64,000 nucleotides of DNA from a virus. The notes beneath the pieces were generated by a model. That model did no database searches. It worked only from the letters and a program-made list of their open reading frames with translations, and was not told the origin of the DNA. Made by a program: the position numbers and the translations under genes. Shown piece after piece: positions 47,453-56,734 of the stretch (position 1 is its first letter; every line of letters begins with the position of its first letter). The stretch lies in the IMG/VR virus record IMGVR_UViG_3300029349_000001, positions 64,001 to 128,000 of that record. One strand, given 5' to 3'.

Positions 47453-49567
47453 TTAATATGAAGGAAAAGAACTAAGATCGGCGGTAGTTATTTGGTAACC
47501 CCCACCCAGTGATGTCATTAGACTGTTGATAATGGACGCATTAGCCCACATAGAGGTTCCTGATCCAGACAGTCCGTAGGTCCATACTGTTAAAAGTACC
47601 GGATTATTAGATCCTGGTATAATCATAAAACATGGATGTCCAGAATCACCAGATACTATTGTTGAAAAGAATGGCGATCTAGTAGAGTTTTGAGGTGCTC
47701 TACATCTAACAGAATTTAAATCAGTAACTAATTCGTTAACCAAACTTTCTTCGTTTTGATTAGTATACAATACTGGAAGTACTGCTAGTTGATTGTATAA
47801 AGATGGTAATTTAGCTCCCCAAGACGCTGGTAGTATACGAGCAAAATTAATGGTGTTAGGAATGTCAGAATCTAATAATCCTATTTCAAAATCTGGATAG
47901 TAATTTTTGTAACCCGTAGCAGTTAATTTCGATGTAATTTGTCTAGTCACTACAGCATTGTCCGGAGTCACAAATCTGATTGACGATCCAGTAGAAAGAG
48001 GATAATGTGCCGCATATAATATGTGTCTAGGAGAAATTAGTGTACCGCATCTAGCAGCACCATGAACAGAATTCCATACTGATACACAAGATAAATCAAC
48101 TATATTATGACTCCAGCAGTTAGTATTTCTGACATATGTGGCTGTGTCATGATTTTTAACAGAAAATATTGCCTTATTTTTTGTTGGAGATAATGCATTA
48201 TCTATTGTATTGGATATGTTTAATGCTAGAGATCCATTAATATAGGATACAAATTCATCTACTGTTGGTTCTGTAGTATTATTTGTTCTTATAGATCTAA
48301 CTATAGACGTTCCTTGAGAAGACGTACCACTTACTGAAACTAAACCATTAGCAACATAAGAAGCAATACCAGAAACATTGGGCGTTGATAAAATATTAGT
48401 ATTAGAAATAGATATATTAACTGGACTTATTTTATTGACTAGACTCGTTGGTTGTATAATATAGTCAGATACTCTAGTAGATCCTGTTCTTCTTGTAATA
48501 TTGGCGTCTTTAGAAACAATAGACTGCGTTGTTCCGGATTGTGTTAATCTGGGCTGTTCTGTTATATCAATATAAAAATCTTTAGCGTCTACTTTTCCAG
48601 CACTAATGGCGAAAGCCATGTCTGTTCCGAAAGCTCCTGTAGATAACGCGGCAACAAAAGTATTATTTCCATATGCCACACCATTAATCGGGAGAGAAGG
48701 AGATATGATAATATTATCCCAATTAATACCATCTTGAGATACTGTACCGCCAGAACACACAAAAGATCCATCTCCAGCACTTATAGTGGTACCTCCACTA
48801 CTATTATTTCTTAGTGTCCAATTAATCCCGTCTGTTGATGTCATTACTCTATTAGTACCACTGGATGAACATGCGACAAACATTCCATTATGGAATACTA
48901 CAGAATACCATGCATTAGCTTGTGGCGCTAATCTAGCTGTCCATGTTGTTCCATTAGTCGATGTGGCTATTCTATTAGTACCACTACTACCTACCGCAAC
49001 ATATATGCCATTACCATATGTTATAGATCTTAATACTCCAACTCCAGTTATAGTAGTTGGTGCTCCCCAAGTAATACCATCAGATGATACAGACGCGCCG
49101 GAGGATCCAATAGCCACAAATACATTATTGCCATAGCACACGGATCTCCATGTCGCCGTCGTGTTTATGTTGGATGGTCTCCAAACCTTACCATCAAAAG
49201 AGTACATTGATCTTGGTAAGCCAGTGGTGGAAGCACTACTAGCAGTAGCCACATAAACGCCATTTCCGTATGCGATAGCGTCCCATGATGATGATGACGG
49301 AGCACTATACAATGACCATATTTGTCCATCTGGTGATACTGCCACTCTTTCGATTGGTAGTTCGTTGTTTTGACTTTCTCTGACAGCTACAAACTGACCA
49401 CCTCCATATACTATCGCTTTAAACCCAGGAGTTCCCACTCCTATATTAAATGTTTTCCATGCAAAGCCGGGTCTGGACCATAAAGCGGTATTATTAGTTA
49501 TAATAGCTTTAACTGGAGATGTGCCGTAGCGTAAATCGGAATTTTGATTTGCAAGTTTTAATAACAT
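47453..49567 (-). CDS. Tail-fibre/adhesin-like protein: beta-propeller repeats plus trypsin-like serine protease
   Basis: Repeats W.SV.YGNG.FVA..S.DG..W; AAHY, PDFEIG, GDSGHP triad motifs. Confidence 0.75.
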   Translation of the reverse strand: MLLKLANQNSDLRYGTSPVKAIITNNTALWSRPGFAWKTFNIGVGTPGFKAIVYGGGQFVAVRESQNNELPIERVAVSPDGQIWSLYSAPSSSSWDAIAYGNGVYVATASSASTTGLPRSMYSFDGKVWRPSNINTTATWRSVCYGNNVFVAIGSSGASVSSDGITWGAPTTITGVGVLRSITYGNGIYVAVGSSGTNRIATSTNGTTWTARLAPQANAWYSVVFHNGMFVACSSSGTNRVMTSTDGINWTLRNNSSGGTTISAGDGSFVCSGGTVSQDGINWDNIIISPSLPINGVAYGNNTFVAALSTGAFGTDMAFAISAGKVDAKDFYIDITEQPRLTQSGTTQSIVSKDANITRRTGSTRVSDYIIQPTSLVNKISPVNISISNTNILSTPNVSGIASYVANGLVSVSGTSSQGTSIVRSIRTNNTTEPTVDEFVSYINGSLALNISNTIDNALSPTKNKAIFSVKNHDTATYVRNTNCWSHNIVDLSCVSVWNSVHGAARCGTLISPRHILYAAHYPLSTGSSIRFVTPDNAVVTRQITSKLTATGYKNYYPDFEIGLLDSDIPNTINFARILPASWGAKLPSLYNQLAVLPVLYTNQNEESLVNELVTDLNSVRCRAPQNSTRSPFFSTIVSGDSGHPCFMIIPGSNNPVLLTVWTYGLSGSGTSMWANASIINSLMTSLGGGYQITTADLSSFPSY

Positions 49568-49569
49568 AA

Positions 49570-49806
49570 TTATGTAATAACATATAATGTTTGAGAATCT
49601 TTTACAGATAAGGCGTCGTATTGTGCCTGTGTTAAAGAAACGATATATTTGATACTGGAGCTTGTTACCACACTACCCAAAAGATCAGATACGGACACTT
49701 TTTTAGTTGTAGCGCCACCAGCGGGGTCATCCATCAATACTAATATATCATCTGAACTAAGTGTGCCACTACCTTCTGGTAGTTCATTAATTCTTTTAAT
49801 AGTCAT
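49570..49806 (-). CDS. Small tail-fibre-associated protein
   Basis: RINELP...TKKVSVSDL and LTQAQYDAL..KDSQTLYVI, motifs common in phage fibre proteins. Confidence 0.6.
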   Translation of the reverse strand: MTIKRINELPEGSGTLSSDDILVLMDDPAGGATTKKVSVSDLLGSVVTSSSIKYIVSLTQAQYDALSVKDSQTLYVIT

Positions 49807-49807
49807 A

Positions 49808-50029
49808 TTATCCCCCTATAAGTGTTTGACCACTAGAAATTTGTACTAATATTCCATTATAATATCTATTTCCGTATTTGGATTGAATATCAGAGATAGT
49901 GGGAGTATTTTTAACAAAAAGATTATTTGTAGAAAACGATCCTGTTGCAGTTGTAGAAAGCACAGAGGAACCATTTTTGAGTGGTTCGCTAGATTTGGCG
50001 GTTGTTATGTCTGTAAAGGGTCTGGGCAT
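49808..50029 (-). CDS. Small hypothetical (virion?) protein
   Basis: GGAG SD before MPRP; shares a module with the N-terminus of 50286..52529. Confidence 0.55.
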   Translation of the reverse strand: MPRPFTDITTAKSSEPLKNGSSVLSTTATGSFSTNNLFVKNTPTISDIQSKYGNRYYNGILVQISSGQTLIGG

Positions 50030-50043
50030 ATTTATCTCCAATA

Positions 50044-50283
50044 TTATGGAAGGTATTTTTCACTATTTAATAAAAGATTATTGTCTAGGTCTAGAATACG
50101 TATTTTATATACACCGGTTATATTTGTTAGCACATTAACAATATCATTGGGCATACTAGTATCATTTAGTCCTAATAAAACAGTAGACAGACTGGAACTA
50201 TCTATAGCAATATTATCTATAGAATAAAGCTCTACTATATAATCATATATGTTTAAGGTTTGCTGTAGAGTAAAATTTATCAT
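50044..50283 (-). CDS. Hypothetical protein
   Basis: Start at MINF, directly after the upstream stop. Confidence 0.5.
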   Translation of the reverse strand: MINFTLQQTLNIYDYIVELYSIDNIAIDSSSLSTVLLGLNDTSMPNDIVNVLTNITGVYKIRILDLDNNLLLNSEKYLP

Positions 50284-50285
50284 AT

Positions 50286-52529
50286 TTATACCGGCATACC
50301 GTCTCCTGTAGGCGTTAGTTGTACGCAGGTCGGGGCTGTGTTGCTCTGTGTAGCATACAACCAATATCCAGCATTTAAGCCACCACCCTTATAATAGGCA
50401 GCTTTATACCATTCATTTTCAGATAACATAAAAAATGTAGCATTATTTTGTCTAATGATAGTAGTTTGAGTCATATCGTAAGCACCATTCTCTGTTGATC
50501 CGACAGCGGCTCCTCCGGTGGGCTTACCATTATGCAACCAATTGCAGTATCTGGCGCAGCTCATCCAACTAACAAAATTGACTGGCTTTCTACTCTTATT
50601 AGTCTTGATACTGTATACGTAGCTGCCAGCTGAACCACTACGACTAATGCCTCCTAGCGTATCTAGCGACATATTATTAACATATAAAGAATATGTGTCT
50701 GTTTGAGCTACGGCATTCAAAAATTCTACATATTCATCATTAGTAACTTCGTATGTTCCGACATAGTAAGAATATGGTACACTACCGAATCCATTGTTAT
50801 TAGCTATGTTATTAAGATCTAGCACCAAAACCATATTAGGATATAGTGCAGAAGGAGAGTACGCTCCTATTCTAAATCCAGTGAAACCACTACGAGAATT
50901 TACGTCTGCATATGTTTGAAAAGTAGAAGATAAATATGCTGCATTATATGCTAGATTACCGCCTCTTAATACTTTGTTTGTAGAAGCAATCGTGGTATCT
51001 GTCCATTCCCATACGTTGCCACTCATATCATACGCACCATAATAGCTACTAATACCATTCGTTCCAACAGTACTTACATTACCAGCACAATTATCGTAAT
51101 TAGCACTATTCGTTGTAAAAACCACCTGAGTAGAAGATGTACTTGGTGTTGGAGTTAAAGTTCTAGTAGGTGTGGGAGTCGAAGTTCTTGTACTAGTAAT
51201 TGTGGGTGTTGGTGTGTTGGTTGTGGCGGGAGTATTCGTAGGTGTACTAGCGATAGTGCTGGTAACCGATGGCGTAGGTGTCCCTGTTGGGGTTTGGGTA
51301 TTGGTACTGGTTAGTGTTGGAGTTAATGTTTGGGTTGGTGTTGGAGTTGCTGTATTTGTTGGTGTTTGTGTGGGAGTAGGAGTAGGAGGAGCTACTTGTT
51401 TTATAATAACGCCACTTATTGCACCGAATAAGGGATATGCACCATCTTCGGTTGTGGATGATGTTTGAGATCCTCTAGGTTTTCCGTTATGTAGCCAATT
51501 GCAGTATCTAGCAGCATTAAACCAAGTCATAAAATTTACTGGTTTATTTTGCATATTTGCTTTAGAGGAATAGACATAAAATCCATTTACTCCATTTCGA
51601 AGTATGCCGCCTCTTATGTCCTCACCCATTTCTGCAACATATATTCCGTATGTATCGGACATTCCAACGGCATTTAGAAATTCTACATATTGACTATTAG
51701 TAATTTCGTAACTACTAATTCTATAGTCGTATGAAACAGATCCTAGATTATTATCGTCTGCGGTGTTATTGGCATCATCGACTAGAACAAATCCAGGTAG
51801 ATTCAATGGATTAGAAAAAGTTGCAACTCTAAATCCGATTTTTGAACTTAAAGATGCTGGATTTCCGTGATAAGTGACAATACTTTGTCTTACACTACCA
51901 TCAGGATTTAATGTTGTTGTCCCATCTGTAGATAGTCTAAATTCACTACAAAACCAATCTCCTCCAGCAATACCTCTTAAATTATCAGATATAGAATCGT
52001 TCCACTCCCAAACATTACCATTTTGATCATATGTACCATAAAAACTCGGGCCTCCGTTAGTCCCTACTGTAGTTACATTACCACTACCAGAAGGAACATT
52101 CCAGCTAGCACCACCAGCATAGTTCGCATAATTACCAGAACCGTTTGCTAGACCATCTCCAGTTAATGATGCTTGTACTGGAATAGGAGCAGTATCACTT
52201 TGGGTAGCATATATCCAATAGCCAGCATTAGTACTATCTCCTTTATAGAAGGCAGCTTTGTACCATTCATTTAAAGAAGGAATCCAATATTGAGGACTAT
52301 AACTAGCTGTAGTACCAGTAGATGGTTGACTATCCGATTCTAGAAATTCATAGATAACTTCATTATCAAATCTATTAGCATACTTAATGTTAATAGTATT
52401 AATATTTAAAGATATATTATTTTGACGAACTTGAGATTGCTTGTCTTTTCCGCCGTAATTAACGACTATTGATGATCCATTTTGTATAGGAAGCCCGCTT
52501 CTCGCATAAAATAATATTTCTAAAGACAT
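50286..52529 (-). CDS. Protein with two FGE-sulfatase (C-type lectin fold) domains and a Thr/Pro linker
   Basis: Two sets of EWYKAA, GNVWEW, GFR, YE(I/V)TN, KPVNF.W..AARYCNWLHNG. Confidence 0.85.
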   Translation of the reverse strand: MSLEILFYARSGLPIQNGSSIVVNYGGKDKQSQVRQNNISLNINTINIKYANRFDNEVIYEFLESDSQPSTGTTASYSPQYWIPSLNEWYKAAFYKGDSTNAGYWIYATQSDTAPIPVQASLTGDGLANGSGNYANYAGGASWNVPSGSGNVTTVGTNGGPSFYGTYDQNGNVWEWNDSISDNLRGIAGGDWFCSEFRLSTDGTTTLNPDGSVRQSIVTYHGNPASLSSKIGFRVATFSNPLNLPGFVLVDDANNTADDNNLGSVSYDYRISSYEITNSQYVEFLNAVGMSDTYGIYVAEMGEDIRGGILRNGVNGFYVYSSKANMQNKPVNFMTWFNAARYCNWLHNGKPRGSQTSSTTEDGAYPLFGAISGVIIKQVAPPTPTPTQTPTNTATPTPTQTLTPTLTSTNTQTPTGTPTPSVTSTIASTPTNTPATTNTPTPTITSTRTSTPTPTRTLTPTPSTSSTQVVFTTNSANYDNCAGNVSTVGTNGISSYYGAYDMSGNVWEWTDTTIASTNKVLRGGNLAYNAAYLSSTFQTYADVNSRSGFTGFRIGAYSPSALYPNMVLVLDLNNIANNNGFGSVPYSYYVGTYEVTNDEYVEFLNAVAQTDTYSLYVNNMSLDTLGGISRSGSAGSYVYSIKTNKSRKPVNFVSWMSCARYCNWLHNGKPTGGAAVGSTENGAYDMTQTTIIRQNNATFFMLSENEWYKAAYYKGGGLNAGYWLYATQSNTAPTCVQLTPTGDGMPV
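51130..51390 (-). repeat. Thr-Pro low-complexity linker
   Basis: TPTP tract between the FGE domains. Confidence 0.75.
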
Positions 52530-52532
52530 ACA

Positions 52533-52850
52533 TTATTTTTCTATTCTATCTTCTAGGGCTTCGAGGGTTTTGCCCAACATAGCAATTTGAACTTTAAGTT
52601 CATTCATGACTTCTGTGTTTCTTTGTAAGGCAGAAGCAAATGCTGCTTGTGTTTCTTTATTACTATTTAATCTTTCCATGATAAACTGTCTATCATGAAC
52701 ATAAGGGCTTTGGGTTTCTATCATATGGAGCACCTCTGCTTTGGTGGCCATATTTCTTCCGATAGTTACCCAAAACCCTAGCATTGTGACTATAATGCCA
52801 ATAGCAGTTGTGGCAAGATTTTCCCAGAAATGAATAATAGTATCAGTCAT
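52533..52850 (-). CDS. TM plus coiled-coil protein (holin-like?)
   Basis: N-terminal TM segment, C-terminal heptads; AAGGAG SD. Confidence 0.55.
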   Translation of the reverse strand: MTDTIIHFWENLATTAIGIIVTMLGFWVTIGRNMATKAEVLHMIETQSPYVHDRQFIMERLNSNKETQAAFASALQRNTEVMNELKVQIAMLGKTLEALEDRIEK

Positions 52851-52908
52851 AACCTATGTCTCCTTTATGACATGACCGCACTAACATCAACTGAAAACCC
52901 GACTAGGT

Positions 52909-53403
52909 TCAGTTGGCGGTAGTACCCTTGTAATTATCATTAACTGGCTTCTTGGCTCCGGTTCTATATGTTAGTTCGCCTGGAACTTGTGCTGTTGGAG
53001 TAGCAGCATCGTCCTGACCGAAACTATCTGTAGCAACCGTTGGAGCAACAGAGAACTGACCGTTGTAGATGTTGTAGTTACCAGCTCTAATAGCTGTAGC
53101 AACTCTACGAGTAGATAAGGCTTCAATCTTATGTACGGCTCTACGAGCAGCAGAAGAAGCTTTATTGAGAGGAGCATCTAGTCTTAGAGCTAATGGCTTA
53201 GATGTATTCTTAGCAAAAGCGTTAGCACTAACAGCCTTGTCTGTATCTGTGCCGTCAACAACAACAGAACCCACAACCCCCACGGATGTGGCAGCGTCAC
53301 TTAGACTTTTGCCAACTAAAAGATTGGAGGCGGATCCTACATTGATTGCTGATCCACTATTGTTTTTAACTGGTTGGCCATTAATAGCAGAGTGTGTTGA
53401 CAT
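52909..53403 (-). CDS. Putative virion protein
   Basis: A/T/S/G-rich; GGAG SD. Confidence 0.6.
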   Translation of the reverse strand: MSTHSAINGQPVKNNSGSAINVGSASNLLVGKSLSDAATSVGVVGSVVVDGTDTDKAVSANAFAKNTSKPLALRLDAPLNKASSAARRAVHKIEALSTRRVATAIRAGNYNIYNGQFSVAPTVATDSFGQDDAATPTAQVPGELTYRTGAKKPVNDNYKGTTAN

Positions 53404-53450
53404 TGTTATCTCCAGATTATTTTATGAGTGGTTGAAGAAATATTTCATTC

Positions 53451-53466
53451 AGTATATGGATACACC
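53451..53466 (-). promoter_or_regulatory. GGTGTAT-type putative promoter
   Basis: GGTGTATCCATATACT in an intergenic gap. Confidence 0.45.
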
Positions 53467-53476
53467 AAAATATTGA

Positions 53477-54124
53477 TTAAATATACTTATTGTACAGGTC
53501 TAGGGAAAATTTGTTATTAAATCTAATTCCATGCACTCCGCTTTTAACCACACTAGACATTTGATCACTTTTCCATAAATTACCAGTACAAATACAGGAT
53601 ATACCCGACTTTTTATTTAGATACTCACAAGCAATCAAATTATCAGCAATATCATCAATCATCATGCCGCTAGACGGAGCAATTACGCCGATATCCATAG
53701 TTTTAAGTATTTGACAAATCTTAGCTAGGATTTCATGGTTAAATACCCTATATTCTAAACAATATCTTAGTTCGATATTAGAATCATCACATATTTGTTT
53801 ATTAGTTTTAATATCTTCTCTAATTTTGTCATATCTTCTGTTAACAACGAATCGAGACTGTATAGGTAAATATATAATCGAAACACCACTCTTCACAGTG
53901 TTGCCGACTAAACAATTGCGACTTTTGGTGTCGGATGCACCATAGGGAAAATCTAAAACTGTAGAAAATTTAGTATTGTTAACATTTTCTATAGTCTTAA
54001 CAATAGGTATATGATTGCCGAATACAGAAATTTCACTAATGCCGTGTTTTATTAAAGAATCAATTTCGCTCTTGATTTCTTCATCGGATAGTGATTGATT
54101 ATATATAGCATATTGAGTGTACAT
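53477..54124 (-). CDS. deoC: Deoxyribose-phosphate aldolase-like protein lacking catalytic residues
   Basis: STVLDFPYG..TK layout of DeoC; KTSTG is replaced by APSSG. Confidence 0.65.
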   Translation of the reverse strand: MYTQYAIYNQSLSDEEIKSEIDSLIKHGISEISVFGNHIPIVKTIENVNNTKFSTVLDFPYGASDTKSRNCLVGNTVKSGVSIIYLPIQSRFVVNRRYDKIREDIKTNKQICDDSNIELRYCLEYRVFNHEILAKICQILKTMDIGVIAPSSGMMIDDIADNLIACEYLNKKSGISCICTGNLWKSDQMSSVVKSGVHGIRFNNKFSLDLYNKYI

Positions 54125-54813
54125 TATTTCCTTTTGATATAAGTTTTGAGAAAATCTATGTTAGGAAATTTTTTAGTACCAAGTATACCATCAGCAAAAC
54201 CATAATCAACAGCTTCTTGGGCTGTTAATATCCAATCGCATTTATTTGATAGCTGAGACACAATGTGCTTTTTGGCCATCATTTTTTTCCAATTTTTTTC
54301 TTGACATATACTACTATTCATACACCTATCAGTGAATATATCCACCATCTTATCGCATTCTCTTTCATTCCATTGTATGCTACTAGCAGCCGCCTTGCTG
54401 TGTTCACCATCTAATGTGAACGAACCATAATGTATCATAACATTTGTATTGGGCATGAGAATTCTCAAATCCGCCGACTGCAATACAACACTACTAGAGG
54501 ACTCCGCTTTTGCATAGGCCAATATAATAGTTTTGGCCTTAGATGCTTTGATAGAGTCATACATACCTAAACAATCTTGCCAATCCCCTCCAGGCAAATG
54601 CATATGAATAATAATCGGCTCTAGAGACAAAAGATTGAGATATCTCAAATTTTTTTCTAACATGATACCAGATCTATAATCTACGCCGCCTTCTTCTGGA
54701 CCATCAATATATGAATGTAAATAAATTTCTCTATTTAGTGGATCCACATCATAGTTATGTATACTATATAATAGTTCGTTTTCGGGATTTACTTGTTTAG
54801 TCATGTGAGCCAC
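54124..54813 (-). CDS. clpP: ClpP-like protease
   Basis: REIYL, PGG, AES(S), MIH, DWILTAQEAVDYGFAD. Confidence 0.85.
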   Translation of the reverse strand: MAHMTKQVNPENELLYSIHNYDVDPLNREIYLHSYIDGPEEGGVDYRSGIMLEKNLRYLNLLSLEPIIIHMHLPGGDWQDCLGMYDSIKASKAKTIILAYAKAESSSSVVLQSADLRILMPNTNVMIHYGSFTLDGEHSKAAASSIQWNERECDKMVDIFTDRCMNSSICQEKNWKKMMAKKHIVSQLSNKCDWILTAQEAVDYGFADGILGTKKFPNIDFLKTYIKRK

Positions 54814-55228
54814 TCTTTGATAAATATTTATATACTTTGTTTGTAATATTACGCATTACTACAGAATCACTAAAAGCCTTGCCAACACTGATTCTAAAAC
54901 GATATCTGGTAAACACATCTAAAGATTCCACTCCGTCAATTTTTTCAATGATTGTAGCAATTTTTTCTGTGATATCAAAATTTGTATGTCCTGTCCAAAA
55001 ATTAAAAATTTTACCACTAGCAGTATATTCTGTAACAGGTATAATGCCCATTGGTGTTGCCATTACTCGTATGTTCTGTTGTGTACTTGGTGGAGGCAGA
55101 TCTGCTTCATCTATATAATCGCCGTCGCTTTCTTCATCATCTAATAAATTTTGCACAGCCTCTTCGTCTACGCCAAAAGGATCTCTCCATTTTTCCCACA
55201 TGACTAAATTTTCGGCTTGGTTGTTCAT
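54797..55228 (-). CDS. Hypothetical protein
   Basis: HTNFDIT..IDGVESLDVFTRY; start taken at MNNQ. Confidence 0.6.
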   Translation of the reverse strand: MNNQAENLVMWEKWRDPFGVDEEAVQNLLDDEESDGDYIDEADLPPPSTQQNIRVMATPMGIIPVTEYTASGKIFNFWTGHTNFDITEKIATIIEKIDGVESLDVFTRYRFRISVGKAFSDSVVMRNITNKVYKYLSKSGSHD

Positions 55229-55319
55229 AGTGTTTCCATTCGTAAACAGGTGTCTGTATATAGGAATACCCCGTTGCACACACATATTATAGGTCGGAAA
55301 GGGCTAGAAATAAAGATAA

Positions 55320-55766
55320 CTATCTCTTTGTAGAAAATACGGCCATTGGTCTAATCAATGGCATCTTAGATAGTTGTTTTAGAGACTGCTTTTTTTCGGC
55401 TTTGTGATGAGTATATAATATAGACCAAAAATTTAGCACATTTTCGATTAATAGTTTTTGATGAGGATTAGTCTCGTTTTCATACTGATTTTTTAAAATA
55501 TTGATGATTTCTTTTTTAAGTAGGCCATCATTAATACATAATAGCATTTCAGCAAATCTTTCTGCTTCAATTGCTATGTCGTCAATATTTGAGTCATCAA
55601 CATCTACTTTAGGTAACAAACAATGAATTAGGATACCGTCATCTTTGTTTAAAGTAAAACTCAAAAATCCAGCACTAAGATCTATAGCATTGGTTTCATT
55701 ATCTTTAGTTATCTGTACAGGCTTTTTGAAAAGACGTTTCCAGATATTGCGAATATAATTAAACAT
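55320..55766 (-). CDS. Hypothetical protein
   Basis: In-operon ORF. Confidence 0.6.
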   Translation of the reverse strand: MFNYIRNIWKRLFKKPVQITKDNETNAIDLSAGFLSFTLNKDDGILIHCLLPKVDVDDSNIDDIAIEAERFAEMLLCINDGLLKKEIINILKNQYENETNPHQKLLIENVLNFWSILYTHHKAEKKQSLKQLSKMPLIRPMAVFSTKR

Positions 55767-55770
55767 GATG

Positions 55771-56115
55771 TTACAAAAGATTAATAATTTTTTGAAGATG
55801 TGGGAAAGCAGATATATCTAAATCTATCATATCTACAAAACTTAGTAGTGGATTGGAATATCCAAATGGCAAGATATAATAATAACAAACATTAATGCTG
55901 TCATTATATATTTGACAATCTGCTATTTTAAATAGATCCTCCTGATACGCAATACCAACATCATCACAAATCTTTTTAATAGATTGAGAGACAGGTTGTT
56001 CTGGCCCTATTTCTCCTGATGGTATGTCTTTGGTGCTGTTGGCTATCAATACCTTTGGTCTAGGATCATTTTTTCTAAAAAGCAGAATATATAATCGAAT
56101 ATTAGACTGTATCAT
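55771..56115 (-). CDS. Degenerate Nudix-fold-like protein
   Basis: KVLI..IPSGEIGPEQ...KKICDDVGI has Nudix box layout without REuxEE. Confidence 0.45.
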   Translation of the reverse strand: MIQSNIRLYILLFRKNDPRPKVLIANSTKDIPSGEIGPEQPVSQSIKKICDDVGIAYQEDLFKIADCQIYNDSINVCYYYILPFGYSNPLLSFVDMIDLDISAFPHLQKIINLL

Positions 56116-56692
56116 AGGTTTGAATAATAGAAATTCCTCTTTTAATATTCTGTCGAACAGCCTCTCTAGATATATTAAACTGTTTGCCTATTTCAGAAAG
56201 TGTCATATCATCATAATAATACATCTTAATTTGTTCTTTTTGCTTTTCTGACAAAAGTTCATTATTAAGCATTTCTTCAAGGTTGTTTTGAAGAATGGTT
56301 TTATATTCGTTGTCCATTAAAATATCTATAGGTTGCTGCTGCTTAGAGTCTTCAACATCTAAAGATATTTCTTCGTCATCCTTCATAGCAAAAATAGATT
56401 GTACTTTTGTACTAGACTTATATTTATTGGTGATATATGTTTTGATCGCCCATATAGCACACTGATTTCGATAAGAGTACTTAGTTTTTTTCATTCCTGT
56501 CTTACCCACTCTAGTTTCATCATATCTCCAATCAGCATACATAATGGCAGTAGCCACATCTGAAATGGCCTCTTCGTTCATAAGCATTTCTTTAGATAGT
56601 CCATTATAGAACTTTGGAGCAAACTTAGAAATGGTCTTTTTGGCTAGGGAGATATATGAGTCTAGAGAATCAAACTGTTTTGTTGTTGTCAT
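56102..56692 (-). CDS. Phage RNA polymerase sigma factor (sigma70 family)
   Basis: Region 2-like RYDETR..YSY..WAI; region 4 LSEKQ..YY..MTLSEIG...SREAVRQ. Confidence 0.85.
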   Translation of the reverse strand: MTTTKQFDSLDSYISLAKKTISKFAPKFYNGLSKEMLMNEEAISDVATAIMYADWRYDETRVGKTGMKKTKYSYRNQCAIWAIKTYITNKYKSSTKVQSIFAMKDDEEISLDVEDSKQQQPIDILMDNEYKTILQNNLEEMLNNELLSEKQKEQIKMYYYDDMTLSEIGKQFNISREAVRQNIKRGISIIQTYDTV

Positions 56693-56734
56693 TATCCTTG
56701 GTCCTTTATGTCCTTAAAAATTATAGAATCGAAA

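Noticed and set aside
50286-52529. Diversity-generating retroelement target
   Set aside because: CLec/FGE folds are common DGR targets, but I saw no reverse transcriptase or near-identical TR/VR pair in this window.
56693-56720. Triple AAGGA(C/T) repeat upstream of the sigma gene
   Set aside because: Explained as redundant SD-like sequence; too short to support a further claim.
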